Assembly (NCBI RefSeq): GCF_006345805.1
Contig: NC_043005.1
Span: 64,604,001 to 64,668,000 of the forward strand
Length of the DNA stretch: 64,000 bases
Source of the DNA: Octopus sinensis
Taxonomy: Eukaryota
Reading direction: 5' to 3'
Below are positions 62,330 to 64,000 of this stretch, one piece after another (position 1 is the stretch's first letter; every line of letters starts with the position of its first letter). The notes beneath the pieces were generated by a model, which saw only the letters and a list, made by a program, of their open reading frames with translations, ran no database searches and was not told the origin of the DNA. The position numbers were made by a program, and so were the translations under genes.

Positions 62330-63660
62330 TTTATTTGGTTACCTAGATAATGGAAGCTATCTACAACCTCTAGCTTACCCCACTGGCAGTTGATGGAATC
62401 TATTTTCAGTATTTTTTCAGTGTTTTATATACTGGTGCATCTTCCACATACAAAAGCTATTTTCCCTGCTAACCTTCCTCTGATATTGCTGCACCTTTTA
62501 TGTGTCCAAAACTTATACTGGATGCATCTTATGGAGTTTCTACCTATGCCTTTTCTACAGATCGAGCAGGGCCATCCTCCTGAAGGGATTTGCGATTTGT
62601 CTGCCTTCTTACTTACTAACACTTTGGTTTCTGTCAGGTTAACTCTAAGGCCCTTCGATTCTAGACCTTGCTTCCCTGCCTAAACTTCTTTTCTAGTTCT
62701 GGTAGTGATTCAGCAATAAGAGCAAGGTCATCAGCATAGAGGAGCTCCCAGGGGCAGCCTGTCTTAAATTCCTCTGTTATTGCCTGGAGGACTGTGATGA
62801 ACAAGAGGGGTCTAAGGGCTGATCCTTGGTGAACCCCTACCTGTGCCTTGAATTTTTTTCTGCACTCATTGCTAACCCTTACCTTATTGGTAGCATCCTT
62901 ATACAAAGCTTGTACAGCTTTCACCAACCACTCATCTATCCCTTGTTTCTGCATTGACCACCAGATAAGGGATTGGGGGACCCTGTCAAAGGCTTTCTCC
63001 AAGTCAACAAAAGCAGGGGTTTATCTTTGGCTAAGTATTTCTCCTGCAGCTGCCTACCAGAAATATAGCATCAGTGGTGCTTCTCCCTGGTGCCAAACTG
63101 TATCTCATCTAGACTAACTCTCTCTCTACTTAGTTGGGCTATGACTCTTCTCATAACTTCCATCACCTGATGAAACAATATGATACTTCTGTAATTATTT
63201 CTATGTAAGGCATCACCTTTACCTTTGTAGTAGGTGACTACAGTGCTACTACACCAGTCACTGGGTGTGACTCCTTTGTGAACCACCTGATTTACAATAT
63301 GGGTGACTAGACCATAGCCCACACCACCAGATATTTTAAGCATCTCAACGGTGATTCCTGAAGGGTCAGGGGCTTTCACTCTATATCATTATTTGCTTTA
63401 TCTACCAAGGTACTGTCATTTCAGGTAGCTGGTCCCTCAACTGGGTCAACATTTGGCAGATTCTCCTCCTCCCATTCATTCTCTTCATTTACCAGCCATT
63501 CATAGTGGCATTTCCAAGCCTCTTTCTTTGCAGAATCATTAAATGCAAGTGCACCTTCATCCATGCAGACACATATCTCTCCTACAACATTACAATTTTC
63601 TCTCACACACTATCTTGCAATCCGAAACACTTCAGTTCTTTGGCTCTCACATGGCTGAAC
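62330..63660 (-). mobile_element. Decayed RTE-clade LINE (RT with a Cys-rich insertion)
   Basis: KAPDPSGITVEMLK, KGKGD..NYRSI, MEKAFDRVP, GVHQGSALRPLLF, WELLYADDL, then WPCSICRKGIGRNSIRC...WTHKRC...FVCGRC; frameshifted. Confidence 0.9.
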
Positions 63661-63884
63661 AAACGAATACACACACACATACACACATATATGGCAGGTA
63701 CGCACTGACATGGTCGCATGGTTACAAATTGACATTATAACCACATAGCTGTGGGTTTTACTATTAATTATGTCTGCATTTTAATCAAATCTCTTTAAAG
63801 TTATAGTCAAAAGTTTAGCAATAATAACAGAGCATAGATTTATATTTTCAAATATGTTTAGAATATGATAATTTAAAACATTAC

Positions 63885-64000
63885 CAAGTCCTCAAAAATG
63901 TCTTTTTGATGCACATGTATAGTAACAAGAGTCTCAAACTTGGTACGGTCTACTTTGCTGAGTTCTTGCATTGTTACATTAATTAACTCATTAAGGATAT
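63885..64000 (-). CDS. DNAH5: Axonemal dynein heavy chain (DNAH5/DNAH8 clade), exon A (partial, continues beyond window end)
   Basis: Minus strand reads [38 protein letters not shown] then donor GTAATG (phase 0). Matches the conserved dynein linker motif ETLITIHVHQRDIFDDL. Not in the ORF track. Confidence 0.9.

Overview
Eukaryotic, AT-rich, microsatellite- and transposon-dense genomic DNA. The SINE repertoire looks like an octopod cephalopod (inference from repeat families, not a database result). The whole window lies inside one minus-strand gene, an axonemal outer-arm dynein heavy chain of the DNAH5/DNAH8 (gamma) clade. Eight exons (63885->64000 partial, 59006-59178, 57441-57619, 56236-56423, 45520-45714, 8384-8518, 2824-2931, 1806-2105) join in frame with GT-AG boundaries and encode the end of the linker, all of AAA1 and the start of AAA2. 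One intron is 37,001 bp. The introns hold tRNA-derived SINEs of several families, RTE-, CR1- and R4/Dong-type LINE remnants, two mariner families, piggyBac-like MITEs, non-autonomous Helitrons, a 1,118-bp tandem duplication and long (TA)n arrays. Most interesting result: four different minimal type-I hammerhead-ribozyme motifs in Penelope/retrozyme-like units. The best is a 445-bp terminally redundant unit at 41.8-42.3 kb with an intact core and a perfect 148-bp inverted repeat. Most short ORFs in the track are microsatellite or antisense artefacts. Boundaries of decayed repeats are approximate; exon, TSD, TIR and ribozyme coordinates were counted by hand.
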